From positions 1 to 36,253 of the forward strand of contig JAFDZJ010000131.1 in assembly GCA_018266965.1 (NCBI GenBank): a stretch of DNA of 36,253 bases, written 5' to 3'. Below the pieces are notes generated by a model that was given only the letters and a program-made list of their open reading frames with translations, was not told the origin of the DNA and did not search any database. How positions within the stretch are numbered: position 1 is the first letter of the stretch; each line of letters starts with the position of its first letter. The stretch comes from Bacteroidota bacterium. GTDB taxonomy: Bacteria > Bacteroidota > Bacteroidia > Flavobacteriales > Weeksellaceae. Both the position numbers and the translations under genes were made by a program. Of the stretch, positions 1-7,118 are shown in pieces.

Positions 1-124
1 AACTCTGATTTTTGTACATTTTTTTTCAAGCATAAATATACTGATTATCAATGAGTTATCCTAATTTTTTAACACTTATTTTACTGAAAATCAGATATTT
101 ATATGACTTTTTAGCGAAGTATTG
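1..124 (-). mobile_element. Probable left end of an insertion sequence (IS4/IS701/ISH3-like); transposase would lie beyond the window start
   Basis: Minus strand from 124 reads CAATACTTCGCTAAAAAG...CTGATTTTCAGTAA...TAACTCATTGATAATCAG...TATATTTATG. This resembles Bacteroidota IS termini with an inward promoter-like sequence. No transposase is visible in the window. Confidence 0.4.
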
Positions 125-139
125 TAATTCGTAATTCTT

Positions 140-766
140 ATGTTTCAATTGCCCAAAAATACAGAAGTTGGAAAAGTAATTCCTAAAAATGCTTTTGACG
201 ATTACACCAATACAAAGCTAAAAAAGTTGTTTTCAGATAAAATTCAACGTATTACCTGGTTGAATAAAATTGCTGTTGATACCGTTAATTTAAGCGGAAC
301 AGATATACAGGAAATTCAGGTTTTTAAGATAGAATTGAAAGAAAAATCTATCATTAAAGATTTGCTTTCCATCATTGAAAAAGCAATTCCTTATCATATT
401 CTATTTTGGATAGAATTTGAAGATGAATATTATGTTTCAACTTCTGCAAAACACCTACACCCTCAAAACGAAGATATAGCAGTTATTGACTATACCTTTA
501 CTTCAGATTGGAAAACAATTGAAAACAATCCCTTTCAATTTGAGTTGAAAAATAATTTAGATTGGGTTTTTAAGAACATTTGTGACCAATTAAAGTCTAT
601 TGATACAGCTACAAAATCTATTAATGAACTGGTTGAAAAACAAAAAAATAATGATGCTATTCTGAGAGAAATAGAAAAATTGAAATCTGAAATAGCAAGA
701 TGTAAACAGTTTAATAAAAAAGTAGAGTTGAACTTAAAATTGAAAGAGCTTCAATCAATGCTGTAA
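140..766 (+). CDS. DUF4391-family protein (typically accompanies SNF2 helicase / type III restriction-modification loci)
   Basis: N-terminal LPKNTEVGKVIPKNAF, central EIQVFKIELK..IEKAIPYH and C-terminal KQFNKKVELN coiled coil are typical of DUF4391. Confidence 0.8.
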   Translation: MFQLPKNTEVGKVIPKNAFDDYTNTKLKKLFSDKIQRITWLNKIAVDTVNLSGTDIQEIQVFKIELKEKSIIKDLLSIIEKAIPYHILFWIEFEDEYYVSTSAKHLHPQNEDIAVIDYTFTSDWKTIENNPFQFELKNNLDWVFKNICDQLKSIDTATKSINELVEKQKNNDAILREIEKLKSEIARCKQFNKKVELNLKLKELQSML

Positions 767-805
767 TTATTTTTTGTTAGTTTCACCCCTTTAAAAAATA
801 TGTTC

Positions 806-844
806 GTTATTTCAATCATTTTATTTACTTTTGTATGAAATAAC
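806..844 (+). promoter_or_regulatory. Promoter (-7 box TACTTTTG at 826-833) flanked by a 9-bp inverted repeat; probable antitoxin operator
   Basis: GTTATTTCA (806-814) and TGAAATAAC (836-844) are perfect reverse complements around a TAnnTTTG box, just upstream of the HTH gene. Confidence 0.55.
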
Positions 845-855
845 AATCATTAAAA

Positions 856-1137
856 GTGAAAAAGCAAATTCTTTTACCCAAATATACTGTGCTTTTAGAG
901 CAAATGGGCGAGAACATAAAATTAGCCCGAAAGCGTAGAAAGCTAACAGCTATACAAGTTGCCGAGCGTGCAGGTATTGCTCGTTCTACCTTATATTTAG
1001 TAGAAAAAGGCGATGGTAGTGTGGCAATGGGTGCTTATTTTAACGTACTTCGTGTATTGGGTTTGCAAAATGATTTTTTGAAATTGGCTGCTGACGATGA
1101 ATTGGGCAGGAAACTACAAGATTTAGATCTATTATAA
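856..1137 (+). CDS. hipB: XRE-family HTH antitoxin (HipB-like)
   Basis: GTG start; ARKRRKLTAIQVAERAGIARSTLYLVEKG helix-turn-helix; ends 1 bp before a HipA kinase. Confidence 0.85.
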   Translation: MKKQILLPKYTVLLEQMGENIKLARKRRKLTAIQVAERAGIARSTLYLVEKGDGSVAMGAYFNVLRVLGLQNDFLKLAADDELGRKLQDLDLL

Positions 1138-1138
1138 A

Positions 1139-2395
1139 ATGGCAGTCAATAAAACCGATATCTTCGTTTATGCACACTGGATTGGATTAACCGAACCGGT
1201 GTTGTTGGGTATTTTGTCTGCACACCAAGCCAAAGGGCGAAAAGCTTTTAGTTTTGAATATGACAAAAATTGGTTGAAATCCAAGGCTCAAAGACTGATT
1301 GACCCTGATATTCAGTTTTATTCCGGGCAACAATTTCCAAATAATAAAGAGAATTTCGGAATTTTCTTAGACAGTATGCCCGATACCTGGGGACGAACAT
1401 TAATGAAACGCCGTGAAATTCTCTTAGCCAAAGCAAAAGGTGAAAATCCTAAAACACTGTATGATATTGATTATCTATTGGGCGTTTTTGACGAAACCAG
1501 AATGGGTGCATTTCGCTTTAAGTTGGATCCTGATGGAGATTTTTTAGATAATGATTCCGAAAAATCTACGCCGCCTTGGTCAACGGTTCGGGAATTGCAA
1601 CAAGCGGTTGTTCATTACGAAAATGACACGGATAATGAAGCTATAAATAAATGGTTGAAAGTACTCATTACACCAGGATCTTCCTTGGGGGGTGCAAGAC
1701 CTAAAGCCAATGTTTTAGATGAAAAGAACGAACTTTGGATTGCGAAATTCCCTTCCAAAAATGATACCATTGATAAAGCCGCTTGGGAATATTTAACTTA
1801 TCAATTAGCGATAAAAGCTGGAATCGAAATGTCGGAATGTAAAATTGAAAAAGTAAGCGGAACTTATCACACCTTTTTCACCAAACGTTTTGATAGAATA
1901 GGCAAAGAAAGAATTCATTTTTCATCGGCAATGACAATGACGGGAAACAATGAAGACACAATTAAAAATCAATCTGCAAGTTATTTGGATATCGTAGAAT
2001 TTATTCAAAATTATGGTTGTAAAGTCAATGAAAATCTGCATCAGTTGTGGCGAAGAATTGTTTTTAATATTGCTGTTTCCAATACGGACGATCATCTTCG
2101 CAATCATGGATTTATTTTGACTGACGAAGGTTGGATACTATCACCGGCTTATGATTTAAATCCTTCCATTGATAAAGATGGTTTGGCTTTAAATATTGAT
2201 ATGGATAACAATGCTTTAGATTTTGAATTAGCGAAAAGTGTAGGCGATTTTTTCAGATTGAAACCATCTGAAATGGATAACATATTGGGAGAAGTTTTCA
2301 CTTCGGTAAAACAATGGAAAGAAATGGCTCATAAAATTGGAATTTCACGATCTGAACAAGAGTTAATGCAGGCGGCCTTTAGAATAACAAATTAA
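1139..2395 (+). CDS. hipA: HipA-family Ser/Thr kinase toxin (full length)
   Basis: PDTWGR N-domain motif, Gly-rich loop GSSLGGARPK, WIAKFPS, RFDR, catalytic NTDDHLRNH, SPAYD. Confidence 0.92.
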   Translation: MAVNKTDIFVYAHWIGLTEPVLLGILSAHQAKGRKAFSFEYDKNWLKSKAQRLIDPDIQFYSGQQFPNNKENFGIFLDSMPDTWGRTLMKRREILLAKAKGENPKTLYDIDYLLGVFDETRMGAFRFKLDPDGDFLDNDSEKSTPPWSTVRELQQAVVHYENDTDNEAINKWLKVLITPGSSLGGARPKANVLDEKNELWIAKFPSKNDTIDKAAWEYLTYQLAIKAGIEMSECKIEKVSGTYHTFFTKRFDRIGKERIHFSSAMTMTGNNEDTIKNQSASYLDIVEFIQNYGCKVNENLHQLWRRIVFNIAVSNTDDHLRNHGFILTDEGWILSPAYDLNPSIDKDGLALNIDMDNNALDFELAKSVGDFFRLKPSEMDNILGEVFTSVKQWKEMAHKIGISRSEQELMQAAFRITN

Positions 2396-2468
2396 TATTT
2401 CTAGAATAATGCTCACAAAATTCATTTTTATATGTATTTACATATAGATTTTTAATTTCAATACAAAT

Positions 2469-2526
2469 TATATCTTTTTACATATAATTTTATATATTTG
2501 TATTTAAATAGTTGTAAAAGCATATA
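2469..2526 (+). promoter_or_regulatory. Promoter (-7 box TATATTTG at 2493-2500) between two HipB-type operator sites
   Basis: TATAT-N8-ATATA (2469-2486) and TAGTT-N8-ATATA (2509-2526) have the same 5-8-5 geometry as the E. coli HipB operator TATCC-N8-GGATA. Confidence 0.55.
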
Positions 2527-2529
2527 GTT

Positions 2530-2742
2530 ATGTACGCTAATCTCGCCAATTTTATTAAGACAAAAAGAAAAGAAGCTAATCTTACGCAACAAGAATTTGC
2601 CGAAAAAGCGGGAGTAGCCCTTACTGTGGTTCGGAAAATAGAACAAGGAAAAGAAAATCTGAGTTTGTCAAAAGTAAACCAAGTGCTTCTGATGTTTGGA
2701 AGTAAACTCGTTCCTGCCAACCTAAAAGAAATTGAGAAATGA
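2530..2742 (+). CDS. hipB: Small XRE HTH regulator (HipB of a HipBST-type module)
   Basis: KRKEANLTQQEFAEKAGVALTVVRKIEQGK HTH; ATGA overlap with the next gene. Confidence 0.85.
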   Translation: MYANLANFIKTKRKEANLTQQEFAEKAGVALTVVRKIEQGKENLSLSKVNQVLLMFGSKLVPANLKEIEK

Positions 2743-3074
2743 GACAGGGAAAAGTTTTTTATCAGGAGCATTTCGCAGGAATAGTAACGGAAACCAACGA
2801 CAGCGATTTTACTTATGAATACGACCCAGAATATATTCAGAAATTCCCCAATCAGTTCATCACATTTTCAATGCCTGTTTCCGAGAAAGTGTATAGAGAA
2901 AATCGGTTGTTTCCTTTTTTTGAGGGATTAATTCCTGAAGGTTGGCTGTTGGAAATAGCTTCAGAAAGCTGGAAGATCAACAAAAATGACAGAATGGGAT
3001 TGCTTTTGGCATGTTGCAAAAATTGTATCGGTGCAGTAAGTGTAGAACCTATAAATTCGGAAGAAAATGAATAA
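2739..3074 (+). CDS. hipS: Stand-alone HipA N-terminal domain protein (HipS-like antitoxin)
   Basis: 111 aa with LFPFFEGLIPEGWLL and CIGAVSV motifs typical of the couple_hipA domain; overlaps both neighbours. Confidence 0.85.
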   Translation: MRQGKVFYQEHFAGIVTETNDSDFTYEYDPEYIQKFPNQFITFSMPVSEKVYRENRLFPFFEGLIPEGWLLEIASESWKINKNDRMGLLLACCKNCIGAVSVEPINSEENE

Positions 3075-4008
3075 GAAATGTTTATACTGCTACCAAGAAT
3101 TGAAATCTGAACAGGATTTTCATCCGAATTGCAGTCAGAAATTTTTCGGAACAGCTTCTGCACCAATTCTAGATTATACCTTGCAAGAAATGGAAGAATT
3201 GGCAAAACTAGTCATTGAAACTTCCGTTGCAATTCCAGGAGTTCAACCCAAATTATCAATGGGTTTGATTAAGGATATTCTAAATAACAGAAGCAGAAGA
3301 AGATTAACAGTAATCGGAGCATTGGGAGGAAATTACATTTTGAAACCTCAAAACGCCACCTTTTCAGAAATGCCCGAAAATGAACATTTAACGATGAAGA
3401 TGGCGGAAATTTGTGGTATTTCAACTGTTCCATCTTCGCTTATCCGTTTGAAATCTGGGGAATTATCCTATATCACAAAACGAATTGACAGAGCCGAAAA
3501 CGGTGCTAAAATCCACATGTTAGATATGTTTCAGGTTTTGGAAGCTTTTGATAAATATCGAGGTTCAGTTGAAAAAATAGGAAAAGCCATTGAAGAATAT
3601 TCTTCCAATACATTATTGGATTTGTTACGGTTTTATGAAGTTATTATTTTTAGTTATTTTACAGGGAATAACGATATGCACCTCAAAAATTTTTCGCTTA
3701 TTTTAAATAATGAAAATTGGGAATTTTCACCAGCTTATGATTTATTGAATGTTCAACTTCATTTGCCTGAAGACAAAGAAGAATCTGCATTGACGATTGC
3801 TGGAAAAAAGAAAAAACTTTCCAAAAATGATTTTAATGATTTGGGATTAAAATTAGGTTTAAATCAAAAACAAATTGAAAATACCTTCAAACGATTTTTA
3901 AAAACAGAAAATAAAATGATTTCACTCATTCATCAATCTTTTTTGAGCAAACAATATCAAGAATTGTACATACAATTACTTCAAAAACGATTGAAATTCT
4001 TCAAATAA
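3067..4008 (+). CDS. hipT: HipA C-terminal kinase domain protein (HipT-like toxin)
   Basis: N-terminal CLYC..HPNC, IPGVQPKL, YILKP, ENEHLTM, RIDR, catalytic GNNDMHLKNF, SPAYD. Confidence 0.88.
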   Translation: MNKKCLYCYQELKSEQDFHPNCSQKFFGTASAPILDYTLQEMEELAKLVIETSVAIPGVQPKLSMGLIKDILNNRSRRRLTVIGALGGNYILKPQNATFSEMPENEHLTMKMAEICGISTVPSSLIRLKSGELSYITKRIDRAENGAKIHMLDMFQVLEAFDKYRGSVEKIGKAIEEYSSNTLLDLLRFYEVIIFSYFTGNNDMHLKNFSLILNNENWEFSPAYDLLNVQLHLPEDKEESALTIAGKKKKLSKNDFNDLGLKLGLNQKQIENTFKRFLKTENKMISLIHQSFLSKQYQELYIQLLQKRLKFFK

Positions 4009-4127
4009 GATCATGTTCAAGATTAGTTTTTAGTATCGTATTTGTACCATAGATTTATAACTTATTGATTATCATGTATGGTTATTTTCGAAGAAGTAAA
4101 ACAAACTCTACGAACCAAAAACAATAG

Positions 4128-4157
4128 AATCCCTTCGTGAAAACGAGGGGATTTTTG
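4128..4157 (+). terminator. Rho-independent terminator at the island boundary
   Basis: AATCCCTTCG-tgaaaa-CGAGGGGATT (one G:U pair) followed by a T run. Confidence 0.7.
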
Positions 4158-4487
4158 TGTTGAACTTTTTTGAAAGATTAGTAAAACACACCCAGCAAAC
4201 AATATTTATAATAAACGATAAAAGTCAATGCAATCGATTTTGAAAGATTAATGAAGTTTGAATAAAAAAAGAAAACCAAATCATAGACTTGGCTTTCTCG
4301 GCTTGCTTTTGAAAAATTCAAATTAAATGAAGAAAAGTTATTAGTTTGTTTTTCTGATACAAAGGTAACTCGGCAAACCAGTATATAAAAGAGGAAAAAC
4401 ACCCAATTTATCCCTTTATAATTTCCATCAGATTAAAATAAAATTCACCCCCTAAATTTATCTAAAATTTAGAAAAATGAAAATTAT

Positions 4488-4495
4488 TATCTTTG
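4488..4495 (+). promoter_or_regulatory. Bacteroidota housekeeping promoter -7 box for der
   Basis: TATCTTTG matches TAnnTTTG about 90 bp upstream of the start codon. Confidence 0.65.
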
Positions 4496-4581
4496 CAAAA
4501 ATTTTTGGGCTCGGAAAGACCGAGGCACCCATTCTTAATTTCTTTGCTAAATATATAAAGCAAAGCTAGAAACAAATTTTT

Positions 4582-5892
4582 ATGAGTAATTTAGTAGCAA
4601 TTGTAGGTCGTCCGAATGTTGGAAAATCAACCTTATTCAACCGTTTATTAGAAAGAAGAGAAGCCATTGTAGATTCCACCTCTGGTGTTACCCGAGACAG
4701 ACACTATGGAAAATCCGATTGGAATGGTGTAGAATTCACAGTTATAGACACAGGAGGTTATGATGTAAATAATGATGATGTCTTCCAAGAAGAAATCTCC
4801 AAACAAGTCCAATTGGCAATAGATGAAGCCACCTCCATTATTTTCATGCTCAATGTAGAAGAGGGACTTTTGGATACCGACCACGAAATCTATTCCATGC
4901 TAAGGAAATCTGGAAAGCCAACCTATATCGTAGGCAACAAAGTAGATTCGTCCAAGGAAGAATTACCAGCAACCGAATTTTACCAATTAGGAATAGAAAA
5001 ATATTATACCATATCCTCTGCAACGGGTTCCGGAACCGGCGATTTGTTAGATGATGTTGTACGAGATTTCCCAACCACAGATTACAAAGACCCATTTGAA
5101 GGACTTCCAAAAATCACAATTGTTGGCAGACCAAATGTTGGAAAATCCACGCTTACCAACGCATTATTGGAAACCGACAGAAATATAGTTACCGATGTTG
5201 CAGGTACCACAAGAGATGCTATACAAAGTCATTACAAAAAATTCGGACACGAATTTGTTTTGGTGGATACCGCAGGAATGAGAAAAAAGAACAGAGTTTC
5301 CGAAGATTTGGAATTTTACTCCGTGATGCGTTCTGTAAGAGCAATAGAATATTCCGATGTTGTAGTGATAATGGTAGATGCAACACTAGGTTGGGAATCC
5401 CAAGACATGAATATTTTTAGTATTGCCCAAAGAAACAGGAAAGGAATTGTGATATTGGTTAACAAATGGGATTTGGTTGAAGATAAAAAAACCAATACTA
5501 CAAGAGATTTCGAGGCTGTTATCAAAAACAAAATCGGGCAATTTTCGGACATACCTATTCTTTTTATTTCGGCTCTTACCAAACAGAGAATTTTGAAAGC
5601 CGTAGAAACAGCAATGGAGGTATATGAAGCAAGAGCAAAAAAAATAAAAACTTCCAAACTGAACGAAGTGATGTTGCCAATTTTTGAAAACACACCTCCA
5701 CCTGCTATCAAAGGGAAATACATCAAAATAAAATATTGCGTACAACTCCCTACTCCATCGCCACAATTTGTGTTTTTCTGTAACCTACCACAATATGTAA
5801 AGGAACCTTACAAAAGATTTACTGAAAACCAATTGAGAAAAGAATTCGGCTTTACAGGAGTACCAATAGAAGTATATTTCCGACAAAAATAA
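4582..5892 (+). CDS. der: Ribosome biogenesis GTPase Der (EngA)
   Basis: Two tandem GTPase domains (GRPNVGKS twice, DTGG/DTAG, NKVD/NKWD) and a C-terminal KH-like domain ending FGFTGVPI. Confidence 0.98.
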   Translation: MSNLVAIVGRPNVGKSTLFNRLLERREAIVDSTSGVTRDRHYGKSDWNGVEFTVIDTGGYDVNNDDVFQEEISKQVQLAIDEATSIIFMLNVEEGLLDTDHEIYSMLRKSGKPTYIVGNKVDSSKEELPATEFYQLGIEKYYTISSATGSGTGDLLDDVVRDFPTTDYKDPFEGLPKITIVGRPNVGKSTLTNALLETDRNIVTDVAGTTRDAIQSHYKKFGHEFVLVDTAGMRKKNRVSEDLEFYSVMRSVRAIEYSDVVVIMVDATLGWESQDMNIFSIAQRNRKGIVILVNKWDLVEDKKTNTTRDFEAVIKNKIGQFSDIPILFISALTKQRILKAVETAMEVYEARAKKIKTSKLNEVMLPIFENTPPPAIKGKYIKIKYCVQLPTPSPQFVFFCNLPQYVKEPYKRFTENQLRKEFGFTGVPIEVYFRQK

Positions 5893-5896
5893 CAAT

Positions 5897-5937
5897 ATAA
5901 AGAGTTGAAAATCAATCATCAACTCTTTATTTTTTTT
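5897..5937 (+). terminator. Terminator after der
   Basis: ATAAAGAGTTGA / TCAACTCTTTAT 12-bp stem followed by a T run. Confidence 0.7.
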
Positions 5938-5962
5938 AAAAAAAAATATATTTTACTATCTT

Positions 5963-6050
5963 CATAAACCCATAACTTCATAACTCCATAACCTCATAAC
6001 CTCATAACTTCATAACCCCATAACCTCATAACCTCATAACCCCATAACCT
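5963..6050. repeat. 11 tandem copies of an 8-bp unit CATAACYY
   Basis: cataaacc cataactt cataactc cataacct cataacct cataactt cataaccc cataacct cataacct cataaccc cataacct, ending 6 bp before the upp ATG. Confidence 0.95.
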
Positions 6051-6056
6051 CTCCAC

Positions 6057-6707
6057 ATGACAACAATACTCTCCGATCAATTTTCATTAGTAAACATTTG
6101 GATTAATGAATTACGAAATATTAATATCCAGCAAAACAGATTGAGATTCCGCAGAAATATGGAAAGAATAGGAGAAATTGCAGCTTTTGAAATTAGCAAA
6201 CATTTGGCACATCACACAACAGAAATCACTACCCCATTGGACAAAATATCAGTAGAAGAACTTACTGTACAACCAGTTATCACTACAATATTAAGAGCAG
6301 GAGTACCACTTTTCCAAGGAATATTGAATTATTTTGATGGTGCAGATTGTGGTTTTGTAGCCGCTTATAGAAAACACGATGCCAATGATTATTTTTCCAT
6401 ACAACAGGACTACCTTACCTGTCCCAATATCGATGGAAGACCTTTGATAGTTGCCGATCCTATGCTAGCAACAGGTGCAAGTTTGGTGGAAGCTTTAAAA
6501 GATTTGTTGAACCATGGCAAACCTAGTCAATTACATATTGTTGCTGCAATTGCCTCTCGACAAGGGATTGACACCATAGAAAAAGCATACCCAAATGCTA
6601 AAATTTGGATTGGTGCTGTCGATGAAAATTTGACTTCCAAAGGATACATAACTCCAGGACTTGGAGATGCAGGCGACCTTTCTTATGGGGAAAAACTCCA
6701 AAGATAA
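6057..6707 (+). CDS. upp: Uracil phosphoribosyltransferase
   Basis: ILRAG, PRPP-binding DPMLATGAS, GYITPGLGDAGD. Confidence 0.97.
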   Translation: MTTILSDQFSLVNIWINELRNINIQQNRLRFRRNMERIGEIAAFEISKHLAHHTTEITTPLDKISVEELTVQPVITTILRAGVPLFQGILNYFDGADCGFVAAYRKHDANDYFSIQQDYLTCPNIDGRPLIVADPMLATGASLVEALKDLLNHGKPSQLHIVAAIASRQGIDTIEKAYPNAKIWIGAVDENLTSKGYITPGLGDAGDLSYGEKLQR

Positions 6708-6732
6708 CGATATAATAAGCTATTGAAAATTC

Positions 6733-6833
6733 TTGTTTAATGATATTACTCGGGAGAGGCAATCTGTTACCATAATTTTTTTGTTTGGAAAGCTCCGTAG
6801 GAGCGACCTTTTTAGTTTCTTATCATTAAACAA
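6733..6833. repeat. ~100-bp segment bounded by a 13-bp perfect inverted repeat, containing a REP-like hairpin
   Basis: TTGTTTAATGATA (6733-6745) and TATCATTAAACAA (6821-6833); GCTCC-gta-GGAGC at 6792-6804. Confidence 0.6.
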
Positions 6834-7118
6834 TTTGAATACAAACTGTTAAATTTCATTTTATTTAAACAAAATTTTTGGGACACTATTATATTATTAA
6901 CTATACAGTAATTAACCGATATTATAAAATATATTTCATTCATTTTAAACAATATTAATGGTAATGGAGGATATTGCTAAAATCAATATTTAGAGGTCGG
7001 GTTAATAATAATAGAAATTGCACTTGCTGGTTGAAACTGCCCACTAATTTTTATCACAAATCAATTCCTGCAATTACGACTAAATTTATTAATTTTGCCA
7101 ACCATATAATTTTTGAAA

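Noticed and set aside
4178-4402. 74-aa minus-strand ORF
   Set aside because: GTG start lies upstream of the local promoter-like box, composition is Phe-rich as expected for non-coding AT-rich DNA, and no motif is recognisable.
782-4456. TTCACCCC shared at about 782 and 4444 as a target-site duplication around the hip modules
   Set aside because: Only 8 bp, plausible by chance, and inconsistent with the better junction candidate near 4110.
5963-6050. CRISPR array interpretation of the 8-bp repeats
   Set aside because: Units are contiguous 8-mers with no unique spacers, and no cas genes are nearby.
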